A stretch of 64,000 nucleotides of DNA, taken from the NCBI GenBank assembly GCA_963702435.1, contig CAVPCR010000005.1:96001-160000 (forward strand), read 5' to 3'. The notes beneath the pieces are model-generated. The model saw only the letters and a list, made by a program, of their open reading frames with translations. It searched no databases and had not been told where the DNA came from. The DNA is from Candidatus Eiseniibacteriota bacterium (GTDB lineage: Bacteria; Eisenbacteria; RBG-16-71-46; CAVPCR01). Position numbers and translations under genes: made by a program. Of this stretch, positions 38,601 through 50,890 are shown piece by piece; the stretch's first letter is position 1; each line of letters begins with the position of its first letter.

Positions 38601-38960
38601 CTGGGTGATCTGGGCGAGCACGAACGGCGTGATGCCGTCCGAGTAGTTCATGCCCGAGCCCTTCGGCACCTCGACCGAGTGGAACACGCTCAGGTCCACA
38701 TTCGCGGGGTCCGCCGGGTAGTCGCCGACCATGCCGTAGTTCCAGAAGACCGTGCGCATGCTGTTGGCGTCATGGAAACCCGAGCGCTCGGCGTCGAGCT
38801 GGCCGCGCTGGTCCGGGGGCACCGGCGTCGGGACGCCGCCGGCCGCCGGCCAGGCGCCGGCGAGCGCGATCAGGAGCGCCACGAGCGCGTGGCGCGCACC
38901 AAGCCGGCGCGCATCCTGCCGCCGGCATGTCTTGACGAACCCCTCCCCGGTCATCCTCAC
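35634..38960 (-). CDS. Large secreted TBDR-associated protein (FN3-like region, Ca-binding DxD motifs, CTD)
   Basis: DNDEDG; LSWDD...DFEGYRIYRSTD; NGQDYYYAVCAYD; VVPNPY...WDLRTKD..VAPGLYIFHV..KFAIIK. Confidence 0.8.
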   Translation of the reverse strand: MRMTGEGFVKTCRRQDARRLGARHALVALLIALAGAWPAAGGVPTPVPPDQRGQLDAERSGFHDANSMRTVFWNYGMVGDYPADPANVDLSVFHSVEVPKGSGMNYSDGITPFVLAQITQRDGSTSYIMETGYRERQGISPGQNRIMRFEPRPGYFEPSPSDNPARSPAVSNDPRTWPASWPDRLDDLDDPGWRGSWNGYFGKQVVADQESYTVMDDQFYDAWNYFPDSRDTSRRGLGLRIEVRGFQWANPQARNVIFWHYDITNESTTDYNDNIVFGLYMDSGVGGSALSCDGIYESDDDNAFFDRTLNEQVINLVYTWDKRGHGRDLTSNCGRTGYVGYAYLETPGNALDELDNDEDGITNELRDGGPGELISGQPAIANYVDANYNRTSFEATYGPLLNRPAYRVGAWWTGDEDMDWVAELHDLGGDGIPESGDSGEGDGRPTTGEPNFDRTDLNESDQIGLTGFKMNRIRAGQGNPNPETDNVLFYTDQANWPERLFTQFSDPDSTDRFDPPLAENYNIGFLFASGPFTLAAGKTERFSLALAYGGDLGELRRTVDVVQQIYNANYRFAVPPPLPTATAEVGDGFVRLSWDDVAERGADPVTGEFDFEGYRIYRSTDPEFRDPQVILTGTGSGPIGNGRPIAQFDLADGRTGFSDLTVEGVAYFLGEDTGVRHTWTDSTVTNGQDYYYAVCAYDFGSDEFNFYPSENAITPSRTPRGGLILPPNVVAVRPNPRVLGFVPATAGAAEKIAGRGAGTAAVEVVNSGLIEDDHVYKITFTTPAADSIRAATYALSDSTTGEVLFTKGRDLEGQGVGPVGAGLLPYVATQATVEIDSAGTGYRPGSPTNSKLLVGYQPGLPINLRRTGFPENVSIVFSDVVVDTSLGLFPNVPTPAKFKAYAHADTGDIGLEFDFLDFDLDGTLSQDGEYIDILTYFDGAPSPQSLITWHAELDTLGQADRGPLAPPGDGDVFDLKITQPLSSDDVFVFRTSGEYVDAAQAKAEWGEEPYVVPNPYVASAEFEPERFAVSGRGERRLEFRGLPSRCTIRIFTVRGELVQTLSQDGSTAGYVPWDLRTKDNLDVAPGLYIFHVDGGDLGEFIGKFAIIK

Positions 38961-41641
38961 AAGGCCTCCTCACCCAGACGGAAACCGAACTCGATCCGGC
39001 GCGGCGAATAGAGCCGCGTCGGATTGGCGAGCGCCGCCGCGTCGGCCTCCGGGAAGCGCGAGTAATAGGGGCTGCCCGTGCTCGAGAACACGTCCCCGTT
39101 GAAATAGTCGCTGTCGAAGATGTTGAAGGCCCGTCCGAAGATGCTGATCGGCACGCCGGAGGTCTTCACCGGCACTGCGCCGCGCAGATCGAGCAGGAAC
39201 CCGGCCGGCTTGCGCCCCGAGTTGGCCTCGAGTCCGAACCCGTAGCCGGCGTCGAGCACCGGCGTGTAGGGCTGCCCGCTTGCTACCCGGATGATCGCGC
39301 TCAGCGAGTAGCGGGGCTCGGCGTAGGTGATCGTCGAGTTGAAGGTGTGCCGCTGGTCCCAGTTGAACGGGATCTCGCGCGGGCGCGGGTCCTCCCCCGC
39401 CTCGGCCCGGGTCGAGGTCTCGCGCGGATCGCTCGAGTTCCCGGTGGCCTGCTGCCAGGTGTAGTCGATCGCGATGGCGAGCGGGCCGTACTCGACGAAG
39501 TCCATGGACAGGGTGATGCCGACCACGTTGCCGAAGTCGACGTTGGTGAGGCGCGCGTACTCGGCGTTGTTGTAGGTCGTGATGAACTCGACGCCGAGGA
39601 GATCCCGGATGTCCTTGTAGAAGGTGGTGGCGTCGATGCCGATCTTGTCGGTCAGCGCCTGTCGGTAGCCGATCTCGTACTGCACCGTCTGCTCGGGCTT
39701 GACGTCGGGGTTCCCCATCACCCCGTAGTCGATGCCGCCGGCTTGCAGGTTCCGGAGCCGCCGGTAGTCCGAGTTGTCGAAGATGGTCCCGATCGCCGGG
39801 TACTGGTAGAAGTGACCGTAGGCGAGGTGAATGCCAGCCCGCTCGCCGATCGGATAGGCGACGCCGAGCCGCGGCGACAGGTTGGCCTTGGCGGTGGTCG
39901 GCTGGTCGGGAACGACCGGCGCCCCGGCGATCGAGTTGGCCGGGTTGGCCGGGTCGCCCGGCACGTAGGAGCGGGCGCTGAAGTAGTCGAAGCGGAGCCC
40001 GGCGCGAAGCGTCAGATCCTCCCATTCGATCTGGTCCTGGATGTAGGCGTCGCCGATGATCGGCCGGTACTCGATCGGTGCCGGGTAGTCCGGCGGATCG
40101 TCGATGTGTCGGACGAGCTGCTGCCGCCCGTCGACCGTGGCATAGGTGAGCCACCCGGGCGTGCCGAACTCGACCTGGGGGAAGAAGATCTCGCCGCCGC
40201 CCTTGACCAGGTGCTGGCCGTTCACCTGGCTCGAGAGGGCACCCTTGGCGAGCCACGTGTTGGTCCGCTGCTCGAACCGGGCGATGCTGACACCCTGGAT
40301 GTAGGCGCCCTCCGCGATGCTGGGGTCGCCGATCGCCGGTCCGGCGTCGTCATAGCGCGGATCGTAGACGTCCTCGTACGCCCAGTCGGTGTAGTGGAAG
40401 TGATTGTGGCGGAGGCTCAGATCGAAGATGGTCGTCGGGCTGAACGACTGGTTCCAGTCGAACCCGTGATTGACTGAGTAGGTATGCTGCTCGGTCAGGC
40501 CGTCGGGGTTCAGGACGTAGAAGTAGTCGCTGCGCTGCGACTCTTCGAGATCGAAGATGATCTGGTAGCCGAGCTTCATCTCGGGATTGAAGCTGTGCGT
40601 CAGCTTGGCGAGGCCCGACCACTCGTACGAGTAACCGAGCGGCACTTCCTTGCGGTCGCCCGTCGGCTTCCAGATCTTCTGCTCGAAGTCCGAGGAGTCG
40701 GTCGGCACGAACCAGCGGGTGCCGTAGTAGGGATCCGCCCCGCGGGCGTAGCGGGCGCTCAGGATGTAGCGGGTGTTCTTCGAGACCAGGGGCCCGCCGA
40801 TCGTCCCCTGGTAGCTCTGGCTGCTCACGGGTTGCGCATCCCACGCGACGGGGCGCGAGTCGTCCTCGGGGAAGAAGTAGCTGCCCAGGTAGAACTCGCC
40901 GTTCCAGCGGAACTCCTCGCCGCCGTCCTTGAGCACGGCGTTGACCACCCCGCTCATGGCCTGGCCGTACTCGGCATCGAAGGTGCCGCTGATCACCTGC
41001 ACCTCGCGCAGCACCGAGCGATCGAGGGTCAGGGTCGACGAGTTGTCGTAGGGATTGTTGATGCTGATGCCGTCGACCTGGTACTGCACCTCGTTCTTGC
41101 GCCCGCCGCGGAAGTGGCCGTCGACGACGCCGGCCTGCAGGTTCACCACGTCCTCGAGATCCTGCACCGGGAGCTGCTCGATCTCACGGCTCTCGAGGCT
41201 GGCCCGGGTGTCGGTGAGATCGATGTCGATCGGCAGGCTCCTGGCGTTGACCACGATCTCGGCGGCCGCGATCGTCGTCTCCTTGATCACCACGTCGACA
41301 TCGGTGGTGTTGTCCGCTGAGACCGCGACCCGCTCGACGATCACCGTCTCGTAGCCGATGAAGCTCACGCGCAGCCGGTAGGTGCCGGGCGGCACATTGA
41401 TGATGTTGAAGAGCCCCGTGGCATCGGTGAACCCGCCGAACGACTGATCGAGGACAGCGACCGTGGCGCCGGGCACCGGGCTCTTGTCCTGGTCGCGGAC
41501 ACGGCCGGAGATCTTCCCCGTGGTGCCGGCGAAGAGCGCGGCCGGCCACCAGAGGAATGCAGAGCCCATGAGCGCGAGGACGGCGCCCCGCACCAACCAG
41601 CGACGAAGGTTCACAATCGTGTGACTCCCCTTCGATTGCAT
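38957..41641 (-). CDS. TonB-dependent receptor
   Basis: GTTGKISGRV carboxypeptidase-regulatory-like N-domain; plug HFRGGR..EVQYQVDG; GTFDAEYGQAMSGVVN; SPRLGVAYP; GNPDVKPEQT. Confidence 0.93.
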   Translation of the reverse strand: MQSKGSHTIVNLRRWLVRGAVLALMGSAFLWWPAALFAGTTGKISGRVRDQDKSPVPGATVAVLDQSFGGFTDATGLFNIINVPPGTYRLRVSFIGYETVIVERVAVSADNTTDVDVVIKETTIAAAEIVVNARSLPIDIDLTDTRASLESREIEQLPVQDLEDVVNLQAGVVDGHFRGGRKNEVQYQVDGISINNPYDNSSTLTLDRSVLREVQVISGTFDAEYGQAMSGVVNAVLKDGGEEFRWNGEFYLGSYFFPEDDSRPVAWDAQPVSSQSYQGTIGGPLVSKNTRYILSARYARGADPYYGTRWFVPTDSSDFEQKIWKPTGDRKEVPLGYSYEWSGLAKLTHSFNPEMKLGYQIIFDLEESQRSDYFYVLNPDGLTEQHTYSVNHGFDWNQSFSPTTIFDLSLRHNHFHYTDWAYEDVYDPRYDDAGPAIGDPSIAEGAYIQGVSIARFEQRTNTWLAKGALSSQVNGQHLVKGGGEIFFPQVEFGTPGWLTYATVDGRQQLVRHIDDPPDYPAPIEYRPIIGDAYIQDQIEWEDLTLRAGLRFDYFSARSYVPGDPANPANSIAGAPVVPDQPTTAKANLSPRLGVAYPIGERAGIHLAYGHFYQYPAIGTIFDNSDYRRLRNLQAGGIDYGVMGNPDVKPEQTVQYEIGYRQALTDKIGIDATTFYKDIRDLLGVEFITTYNNAEYARLTNVDFGNVVGITLSMDFVEYGPLAIAIDYTWQQATGNSSDPRETSTRAEAGEDPRPREIPFNWDQRHTFNSTITYAEPRYSLSAIIRVASGQPYTPVLDAGYGFGLEANSGRKPAGFLLDLRGAVPVKTSGVPISIFGRAFNIFDSDYFNGDVFSSTGSPYYSRFPEADAAALANPTRLYSPRRIEFGFRLGEEAL

Positions 41642-41740
41642 CCGTCGATTGCCGCCACCTGTCGCCTCCGGCCGGACCTGGCGGGGCGGCCCGCTCGCGA
41701 GCCGCTCATCCGGATCCGGCCGGAGTGCGCCCCCACGCGC

Positions 41741-43630
41741 CTACTTGAGAAGAACCACCTTGCCGGTGAGCGCCGCCTGGCGCGCACCGCTCCGCGGATC
41801 CTCGAGCAGGAGACGATACGGATAAACGCCGGCGCTTCGCCCCTCGCCGGAGAACGGGACCTCGCGCAGGCCGGCGTTCTCGACGCCGACCACGCGCCGC
41901 TCGATGAGTCGGCCCTGGAGGTCGAACACCTCGAGCGTGACCCGGCTCGACTCCGCCAGCCGATACTGGATGCGCGGGCCCGGCGACGGGTTGGGGTAGC
42001 TCTTGACGAGGGAGAAGCCGGCCGGCGGCGCCGGCGCCTCCGGATCATCCACGCCGATCACGCTCCGCGCGAGGAAGGTCCACGGCGGGCAGCAGGTCCC
42101 CTCGTACTCCTTGAACCACCAGGTGCGAGTGCCGTAGCTCCGGGTGAACGGCGTGAACGAATCGCCGTCGAGGAGGTTGACGCCCATCCAGAAGTTGCCG
42201 GTCCCGAGGTTGGCCGGGTAGCCGAGCGCCAGGAGGTCGAAGGACAGCTCGGCGTAGTACCCGGTATCGGCCTGGGTGCCGAGCGTGTCGACCGTCGTTC
42301 CCGGCTTGAGCGTGATGGCGACCGCGGCCGTGCCGTCGCTCACCATGGTCGCCAGGTAGTCCTGGGGCAGAGCCGTCCCGTCCTGGGCGACCTGGCACGC
42401 GAGCCGGCGGGAGAGGAGCTGCCGGTCGGGCCCGCGCACCGAGTACTCGGTCGGCGACACGAGGAACCCGTCCCAGCGATCGAAGTCGGGGATGTACTGC
42501 ACGGCGCGATCGCGGACATCGAAGCCCATGTAGAACTTGGTCCCGTTGAAGAACATCTTCACCGTGGCGTCGGCCGGGTCGAGGATCGGCGCGGTCCCGC
42601 CGTTGACCGGGGCCTGGTACTGGCCCGATCGATACGGGCCGATTACAGGATAGGACGCGCGAAGCGCATCGTCGCCCCAGCGGATGTCGAAGGAGTAGAC
42701 GAGAGGATCGTTCCAGATCGCCTCGTTCAGCTGCCCGTTGACAGTCGGCGGCGTGCCGTCCACCTCCCAGATGACGAGCTCGGGTCCGATGTACGGCAGG
42801 ACCGGCGAGTTGACCGTGACGTCGGGGCGCGCGTGGACGCGGACCTCGTTGAACCACATGGCATTGCCCCACGGGCACTGCCACCAGACGCGGTTGTACC
42901 CGACCCGTCCCTCGACTCGCGGCCAGAGCCAATCGCCATCGTAGATCGAGACGTTCCACTCGAAGATGTCGCCGCTCACCTGCGTGATGTCGTAGCCCAT
43001 CGGCTCGCAGTTGAAACGCATCTCGACCGTGTAGCCGCGATCGATCGTCGCATCGGAGTTGGAGAGCCCGTCGACGACGGTGACGGCATCCCAGGCCGCG
43101 ATCTGCTCCGGCGTGCGCGGCGTGCCGGGCGGCTCGGTCGCCCAGCGTCCCTTGAACGAGGGTACCTGGCCCGGCGGCTGCGGATTGGGCAGCGTGGGGT
43201 ACCACCAGGAATAGAGATACTCCGCCGGACCCTTGGGGAAGCCGGTGGCGGCGTGATCCTTGACCGCCATGAGGAGGCCGTCGAATTCGTTGAAACCTGC
43301 CGAGCCGCCCACGGAGGAATCTGGGACGATGGCCGCCAAGTAGATCTGATTGCCGTAGCTCAGGAACTTGAGCTTGGCGCGGGTCGAGTCGCTCGGCGTT
43401 CCCAGCTCGATCTTGAAACCGCTGCCGGGAAGGCCGGCATCCACGCCTAACCTGACGGTGACGGATTCGGCCCGCGCCCAGGCCGGCTCGTTCAGCACGC
43501 CATCGAGCGTGATCGGCGAGAGCGATCGGCGCGCCCAGATCGCGTCCTGGCGCTGGGTGGCTGCGAATGCAGTAGCCTCTGCGCCCAGCACCGCGGCGAG
43601 GACGAGGGCAATGACCGGTGCCCATCTCAT
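41741..43630 (-). CDS. Secreted protein with two CBM9/DOMON-like sugar-binding domains and T9SS-type CTD
   Basis: ITLDGVLNEPAW; PTVNGQLNEAIW; GYTVEMRF; GYYAELSF; SYPNP...GVYPYRL. Confidence 0.72.
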   Translation of the reverse strand: MRWAPVIALVLAAVLGAEATAFAATQRQDAIWARRSLSPITLDGVLNEPAWARAESVTVRLGVDAGLPGSGFKIELGTPSDSTRAKLKFLSYGNQIYLAAIVPDSSVGGSAGFNEFDGLLMAVKDHAATGFPKGPAEYLYSWWYPTLPNPQPPGQVPSFKGRWATEPPGTPRTPEQIAAWDAVTVVDGLSNSDATIDRGYTVEMRFNCEPMGYDITQVSGDIFEWNVSIYDGDWLWPRVEGRVGYNRVWWQCPWGNAMWFNEVRVHARPDVTVNSPVLPYIGPELVIWEVDGTPPTVNGQLNEAIWNDPLVYSFDIRWGDDALRASYPVIGPYRSGQYQAPVNGGTAPILDPADATVKMFFNGTKFYMGFDVRDRAVQYIPDFDRWDGFLVSPTEYSVRGPDRQLLSRRLACQVAQDGTALPQDYLATMVSDGTAAVAITLKPGTTVDTLGTQADTGYYAELSFDLLALGYPANLGTGNFWMGVNLLDGDSFTPFTRSYGTRTWWFKEYEGTCCPPWTFLARSVIGVDDPEAPAPPAGFSLVKSYPNPSPGPRIQYRLAESSRVTLEVFDLQGRLIERRVVGVENAGLREVPFSGEGRSAGVYPYRLLLEDPRSGARQAALTGKVVLLK

Positions 43631-44682
43631 GATTGTGCCTCCCTGCGCCCAGCGCGGCTGGGTCGCGTCCTTGGATCCTGTGTCTCGATCGAAACTGCGG
43701 TGGATTGTCGGATGACGAGGGTGGCAGGCAACAGCTCGCGGCGACACGGCGCGCCATTCTCCGCCGCGATGGCGGCGACGAGGAGCCGCACCGCGCGCGC
43801 CCCCAGCTCGTAGGCATCCACGTGTACGGTGGTCAGCGCCGGAGTCACGTACTGGGCGATCGCGATGTCGTCGAATCCGGCCACGGCCATGTCGGCGGGA
43901 ACGCGGACGGCACGGGCGCCGAGCGCGCTCAGAAGACCGATGGCCATGTAGTCGTTGGTGGCGAAGACCGCCGAGGGCGGGGGCTCGAGCGCCAGGAGCT
44001 GCGCCGCGGCGTCGAAACCTGAGGACTCGGTGAAGTCGCCCTCGATCTCGAGCGCCGGGTCCGGAGCGATCCCGGCGGCGGCCAGCGCCTGCCGGTAGCC
44101 GGCGAGGCGCTCCTCCGCGTCCGCGTTGCCGCGCGGCCCCTTGATCACCGCCATGACGCGATGGCCGAGCGCGAGGAGATGGCTGACGACCTGGCGCGCC
44201 CCCTCCGCATTGGCGATGCCAACGGCGCTCGTGCCATTGGCCGACGGCGTGTTCAGGAGAACGGTCGGGAAACGGCGGGCGACCCGGTCGATCGACCGGG
44301 CCGACTCGGCATCGGGCGCCATGAGGACGAGACCGTCGACGCGCCCGCGCATCGAGCGCGCGGCGGCGGCGATGGCCTCGGCCTCGGCGTGCGAGCTCGA
44401 GATCAGGACCTGGAACCGGGCCCGGCGCGCCTCGTGATCGATCCCGCGGATCACCTCGGAGAAGAACTCACCGTAGAGATCGGGGAGGAGGATACCGAGG
44501 ACGTGCGTGCGGCTCTGGCGGAGGCTGCGCGCGGCGGGGTTCGGCCAGTAGTCGAGGGTGGCGGCAGCAGCAATCACGCGGCGGGACGACTCACCGCTCA
44601 CTCGGGCATTGCCGTTGAGCACGCGCGACACCGTCGCGATCGAGACGCCGGCCGCGCGCGCCACATCATGGATGGTTGCCAA
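43627..44682 (-). CDS. LacI-family transcriptional regulator
   Basis: TIHDVARAAGVSIATVSRVLN; AVAGFDDI; LTTV; TTG start. Confidence 0.95.
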   Translation of the reverse strand: MATIHDVARAAGVSIATVSRVLNGNARVSGESSRRVIAAAATLDYWPNPAARSLRQSRTHVLGILLPDLYGEFFSEVIRGIDHEARRARFQVLISSSHAEAEAIAAAARSMRGRVDGLVLMAPDAESARSIDRVARRFPTVLLNTPSANGTSAVGIANAEGARQVVSHLLALGHRVMAVIKGPRGNADAEERLAGYRQALAAAGIAPDPALEIEGDFTESSGFDAAAQLLALEPPPSAVFATNDYMAIGLLSALGARAVRVPADMAVAGFDDIAIAQYVTPALTTVHVDAYELGARAVRLLVAAIAAENGAPCRRELLPATLVIRQSTAVSIETQDPRTRPSRAGRREAQS

Positions 44683-44728
44683 TGCTCGCTCCCCGGAGTC
44701 GGGGCTGGGGACGGAGGAGCGCCTGACT

Positions 44729-44764
44729 CATGTAAAGGATTACATGGGCCGATCTCCTTGTCAA
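44729..44764 (-). promoter_or_regulatory. LacI-type operator overlapping the lacI/PUL promoter
   Basis: Palindrome CATGTAA-AGGA-TTACATG (44729-44746); TTGACA -35 on the minus strand at 44759-44764. Confidence 0.75.
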
Positions 44765-44899
44765 GAGGCAGCTTCCCGGGCGGCGACCAGGGCCCGGACG
44801 GCCCGGTGGTCTCGGGGGGACGCGGCTCGTGAGCCCTTGCCGCCAGGGGGGCGTGGCGGCCGGCGACGCGGGAGCGCGGCGGCCCTGGGCCTGGGCGGC

Positions 44900-44993
44900 C
44901 CCGGGAGCGCGGCGGCCCCGGGAGCATGGGCGGTCCCGGGAGCATGGGCGGCCCCGAGAGCATGGGCGGTCCCGGGAGCATGGTCGGTCCCGG
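44900..44993. repeat. Intergenic 18-bp tandem repeat (4 units plus 1 degenerate)
   Basis: cccgggagcatgggcgg[t/c] units at 44917, 44935, 44953, 44971. Confidence 0.9.
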
Positions 44994-45165
44994 AGGCCCC
45001 GGGGCCCGGCGCCACCGGGCCTGGGCATCTCCAGGGCCCGGGCCTGCCCCACCCGCCATGGCCGTTGATCCTCCGGCGCGGCATGGCGCAGACTCCGGCG
45101 CGCACTCTTGCGGCGATCGGCGCCCGACTCGATCCACGACGACCATCCGGACCCAGGAACTCGAC

Positions 45166-48100
45166 ATGCCACCCGCAGCCCCGCCGCTCAATCCCAGCTC
45201 AGGGCCCGCGCTGTCCGCCCGCCTCCTCGGGAACGGCAGCTACCGCGTGCTCCTCACGGCCGCGGGCACCGGCGCCTCCACCGCCGGCGACATCGCGCTC
45301 ACGCGCTGGCGCGGCGACCCGGTCACCGACGCCGACGGGTTCTTCATCTACCTCCGCGACACGGAGAGCGGCGACTTCTGGTCGGCAGGGCTCGCGCCGG
45401 CGAAGAAGCGTCCCGCGCGCTACGAGTCGCATTCGCAGCCCGGCCTCTTCACGATCGCGCGCGAGGACGACGGCATCGAGACACGGCTCGAGGTCTACGT
45501 GATCCCGGATCAGGCGGCGGAAGTGCGGCGGGTGACCCTCGTCAATCGCACGGTGCGGCGCCGCGTGATCGAGGTCACCTCCAGCGCGGAGGTGGTGCTC
45601 CACGATCCGGCGGCCCATGAGGCGCATCCCGTCTTCTCGCAGCTCTTCGTGCAGACCGAGTACGCGCCGGCGGAGCGCGCCCTCCTCGCGCACCGCCGCC
45701 CGCGCGCACAGGGCGAGGGTCATCCGTGGCTCGTGCATGCGATCGCAGTCGCCGGCGCCCGCGATGAGATCGCATGGGAGACCGACCGCGGCTGCTTCAT
45801 TGGCCGCGGGCGCACCGCAGCCGCGCCGGAAGCGATGCGACCGGGGACGCACCTCTCGGGCAGCACCGGCAACGTGCTCGATCCGATCGTGAGCTTGCGC
45901 GCTGTACTCACCCTTGCCCCCGGCGCCAGCGCGAGCGCCGCTTTCCTCCTCGGCGCGGCGCCGCGCCGCGACGCGGCACTGGCCCTGCCCGCGCTCATCG
46001 CCGACGGAGGAGTCGCTGCGCTCGCCGCCGCGGAGACGGCTGCGCGCGAACGCCTGGGCCGCCTCCTCCTGAGCGCCGCGGAATCCGAGTACTGGTCGGC
46101 GCTCGCGAGCGCCCTCCTCTACGGGCACGGCGGGCTGCGCGCGGCGCCCGGCGTCCTCGCGCGCGCCGCGGGAGATCCGGGCGCGCTCGGCCGCCTCGGC
46201 CTCGATCCCCGAGCACCACTCGCCGTGCTGCACGCCGAGCACGAAAGCAGCGCCGCGCTCCTCCCCGACCTGCTCCGCGGCTACGGCTACTGGCAGGCGA
46301 TCGGATTCCCGATCACGCTCGCGGTCATCGCCGGCGAGTCGATGTTCGCCCCCGGTCTCCTGCTGCCCTCCTGCGCCGGTCCGCTCCGCGTGCTCCGCGC
46401 GCGGGATCTCGCGGCCGCGGACCTCGATCTGATCGATGCGGCGGCGCGGCTCGTGGTCGCGGAGACATTGCCCCTGCTGGCGGAACCGGTGGGTGCAGGC
46501 GGCCTGCCCGCAGTTCCGGCTGCCGCTCCGGCTGCCCCCTCGCCCCCGCCGGAGTCCGCCGCCCCCGCGTCGCCGGCGGCGCGCGAACCCCTTCAGTTCT
46601 GGAATGGTCACGGCGGCTTCAGCCCCGACGGCCGCGAGTACGTGATCCGCCTCGCACCGGAGCCGGGCGGCGGGCTCCGGCTCCCGCCGCGGCCGTGGAC
46701 GAACGTGATCGCCAACGAGACATTCGGCTTTCTCGTCAGCGAGACCGGGGCCGGGAACACCTGGAGCGCGAACAGCCGCGAGCATCGCCTGACGCCGTGG
46801 TCGAACGATCCGCTCCTCGATCCGCACGAGGAGGCGTTCTACGTGCGCGACGAGGAGACGGGCCGCTTCTGGTCGCCGCTCGCGGGACCGGCGCCGCTCG
46901 CCGCGGAGCACGAGGTGCGGCACGGCTTCGGCGTCACTCGCTTTCGCGTGGAGGGAGAAGGACTGGAGCACGAGGCAACGCTCTTCGTCCCGCCGCAGGA
47001 CCCGCTGCGAGTGACGGCGCTCCGCCTTCGCAACCCGGGACCGCGGGCCCGCCGCCTCTCTCTCTTCGCGTACTACCGGCTCGTGCTCGGCACGACGCCG
47101 GCGGAGAGCGGGCGCTCTGTCACGACGGAGCGTGATGCCGCTTCCGGCGCCCTGTTCGCCCGGAACCGGCTCTCCGCCGAATTCGGCGCCCGCGTGGCAT
47201 TTTCTGCGGTGGCCACGGTGGACGGCGGCCCCGCAACCGGCGGCGGCGCGATCGGCGGCGGCGCAGCCGGCGGTCGCCGCTCGAGCGGCGACCGCGCCTC
47301 CTTCCTCGGCCCGCGCGGGACCGCATCGCATCCTGCGGCGCTCGCGCCCGGCGCACACCTCGACGGCCGGACCGGCGCCGGGCTCGATCCGTGCTTCGCC
47401 GAGGAGATCACGCTCGAGCTCGCCCCCGGCGCCACGGCCGAGGTCGCGTTCCTGCTCGGCGAGGCCACCACCGAGAATCAAGCGCGCGCGCTCGTGGCGC
47501 GCTACTCGGCGCCGCGCGCGGTCGAGAATGCCCTCGCCGCAGCGCGCGCCTTCTGGGCGGACGGGGTCTCGGCGCTCTCGATCAAGACGCCCGCGCCCTC
47601 GATCGACCTGATGGTGAACGGCTGGCTCCCCTACCAGACCCTCTCCTGCCGGATCTGGGGCCGCACCGCCTTCTATCAGTCGGGCGGCGCCTTCGGCTTC
47701 CGCGATCAGCTGCAAGACTCCGCCTCGCTCGTCGCCCTGTGGCCTGCCCTCACCCGCGCGCAGATCCTCCTCCACGCCGCGCATCAGTTCCCGGAGGGTG
47801 ACGTTCTCCACTGGTGGCATCCCCCGCTCGGCCGCGGGATCCGCACGCGGTGCTCCGACGATCTCGTGTGGCTCCCCTATCTCACGGCGCACTACATCGC
47901 AACGACAGGGGACCACGCGATCCTCGACGCGAGCGCGCCCTTCGTATCCGCGCGCCAGCTCGTGGCGGGCGAGGACGAGGCGTTCCTCGCCCCGACGGCG
48001 ACCGCCGAGTCGGCCGATCTCTACACCCATTGCTGCCTGGCCCTCGACCGCGCCCTGACCGCGGGAGCGCACGGCCTCCCGCTCTTCGGCACCGGCGACT

Positions 48101-49097
48101 GGAACGACGGCATGAACCGGGTCGGGCGCCTGGGGACCGGCGAGAGCGTGTGGCTCGGCTTCTTCCTCTTCGCCACGCTGGGCGACTTCGCGCCGCTCTG
48201 CCTCGCGCGCGGCGACGCCGAACGCGCGGCGCGCTACCGCGCCTGGCGCGAGAAGCTGTGCGTCGCCCTCAACGACGGCGGCTGGGACGGCGAGTGGTAC
48301 CGGCGCGGCTACTACGATTCAGGCGCTCCGCTCGGCTCGCGCACGAGCGACGAGTGCCGGATCGACGCCATCGCCCAGGCGTGGGCGGTGATCTCGGGCG
48401 CCGCCCCGCCCGCGCGCGTCGCGAGCGCCCTCGACGCGGTCGAGCGCGAGCTCGTGTCCGAGACGGACGGCCTGATCCGGCTCCTCGCGCCCCCCTTCGC
48501 GCTCACCCTGGAGGATCCCGGGTACATCAAGGGCTATGTCCCGGGCGCGCGCGAGAACGGCGGCCAGTACACGCATGGGGCCCTCTGGGTGGTGCGGGCG
48601 CTCGCGGAGGCCGGGCGGAACGAACGCGCCGCCGCGCTCCTCGCCATGCTGAGCCCGGTCGCGCAGGCCGCGACGTCCGAGCGCACCGCGGTCTACCAGG
48701 CGGAGCCCTACGTCATCGCCGCGGATATCCACGGCGCGCCGCCGCACGTCGGGCGCGCCGGCTGGACCTGGTACACGGGCTCGGCAGGCTGGATGTTCCG
48801 CGTGGCCGTCGAGTCGCTGCTCGGCTTCCGGCTCGCTCGTGGTCGCGCGCTCGTCCTTGCGCCGCGCGTGCCGGCCGGCTGGCCGGGCTTCACGATCCGC
48901 TATCGCCTGCCGGGCGAGAAGACCGAGTACGAGATCGAGGCGCGCTCGGCCGGCGACGGGGGCGCCGAGCTCTGCGCGGCGAGCGCCGATGGCGAACCGC
49001 TGCCGATCGTCGCGGGCGCCGCCCGGGTCGAGCTCGCCCACGACGGCCGTCGCCATCGCATCGAGCTCCTCCTCGGCCGGACGGAGAGCGCCGAGCC

Positions 49098-49101
<4 letters not shown>
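45166..49101 (+). CDS. GH94 glycoside phosphorylase resembling the C-terminal half of cyclic beta-1,2-glucan synthase
   Basis: LLGNGSY; FSQLFVQTE; GNVLDP; PWTNVIAN; YQSGGAFGFRDQLQD; GDWNDGMNRVG; RENGGQYTHGA; WTWYTGSAGW. Confidence 0.92.
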
Positions 49102-50487
<1,386 letters not shown>

Positions 50488-50527
50488 CGCCGGGCGCCGC
50501 GCCGCCACGGCGCGTTCGGCGCGGCCG

Positions 50528-50731
50528 TCAGTCTTCGATGATGAACGTGACGCGCATCGCCACGCGGTACTCGGTGATCTTGCCCTTCTCGACGATCACC
50601 TTCTGCTCGGCAACCCAGGCCCCCTTGACGTTCTTGAGCGTCTTGTTCGCGCGTGCGATGCCCAGCTGGATGGCGTCCTCGAAGCTCCTGTCCGATGATG
50701 CGATGATCTCGCTGACCTTGGCGATGGCCAT
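50528..50731 (-). CDS. Dodecin-family flavin-binding protein
   Basis: KVSEIIASSDRSFEDAI...RANKTLKNVKGAWV...YRVAMRVTF. Confidence 0.9.
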   Translation of the reverse strand: MAIAKVSEIIASSDRSFEDAIQLGIARANKTLKNVKGAWVAEQKVIVEKGKITEYRVAMRVTFIIED

Positions 50732-50890
50732 GGCTGATTCCCTTTCCCGTGGATGCGCGGTGTAGCATGTCGCTGCCCCCGCGCATGCGGCCTGTGCGGC
50801 AAATGCGCTATGATCCGCCCTGGATCCTGGGGTCCCGGACCGGCCGCGGCCCGCCCCCGCCCCCGCAGTCTACAGCAGGAGAACCCGCGC

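Noticed and set aside
44900..44993. CRISPR array
   Set aside because: Contiguous 18-bp units with no spacers, and no cas genes
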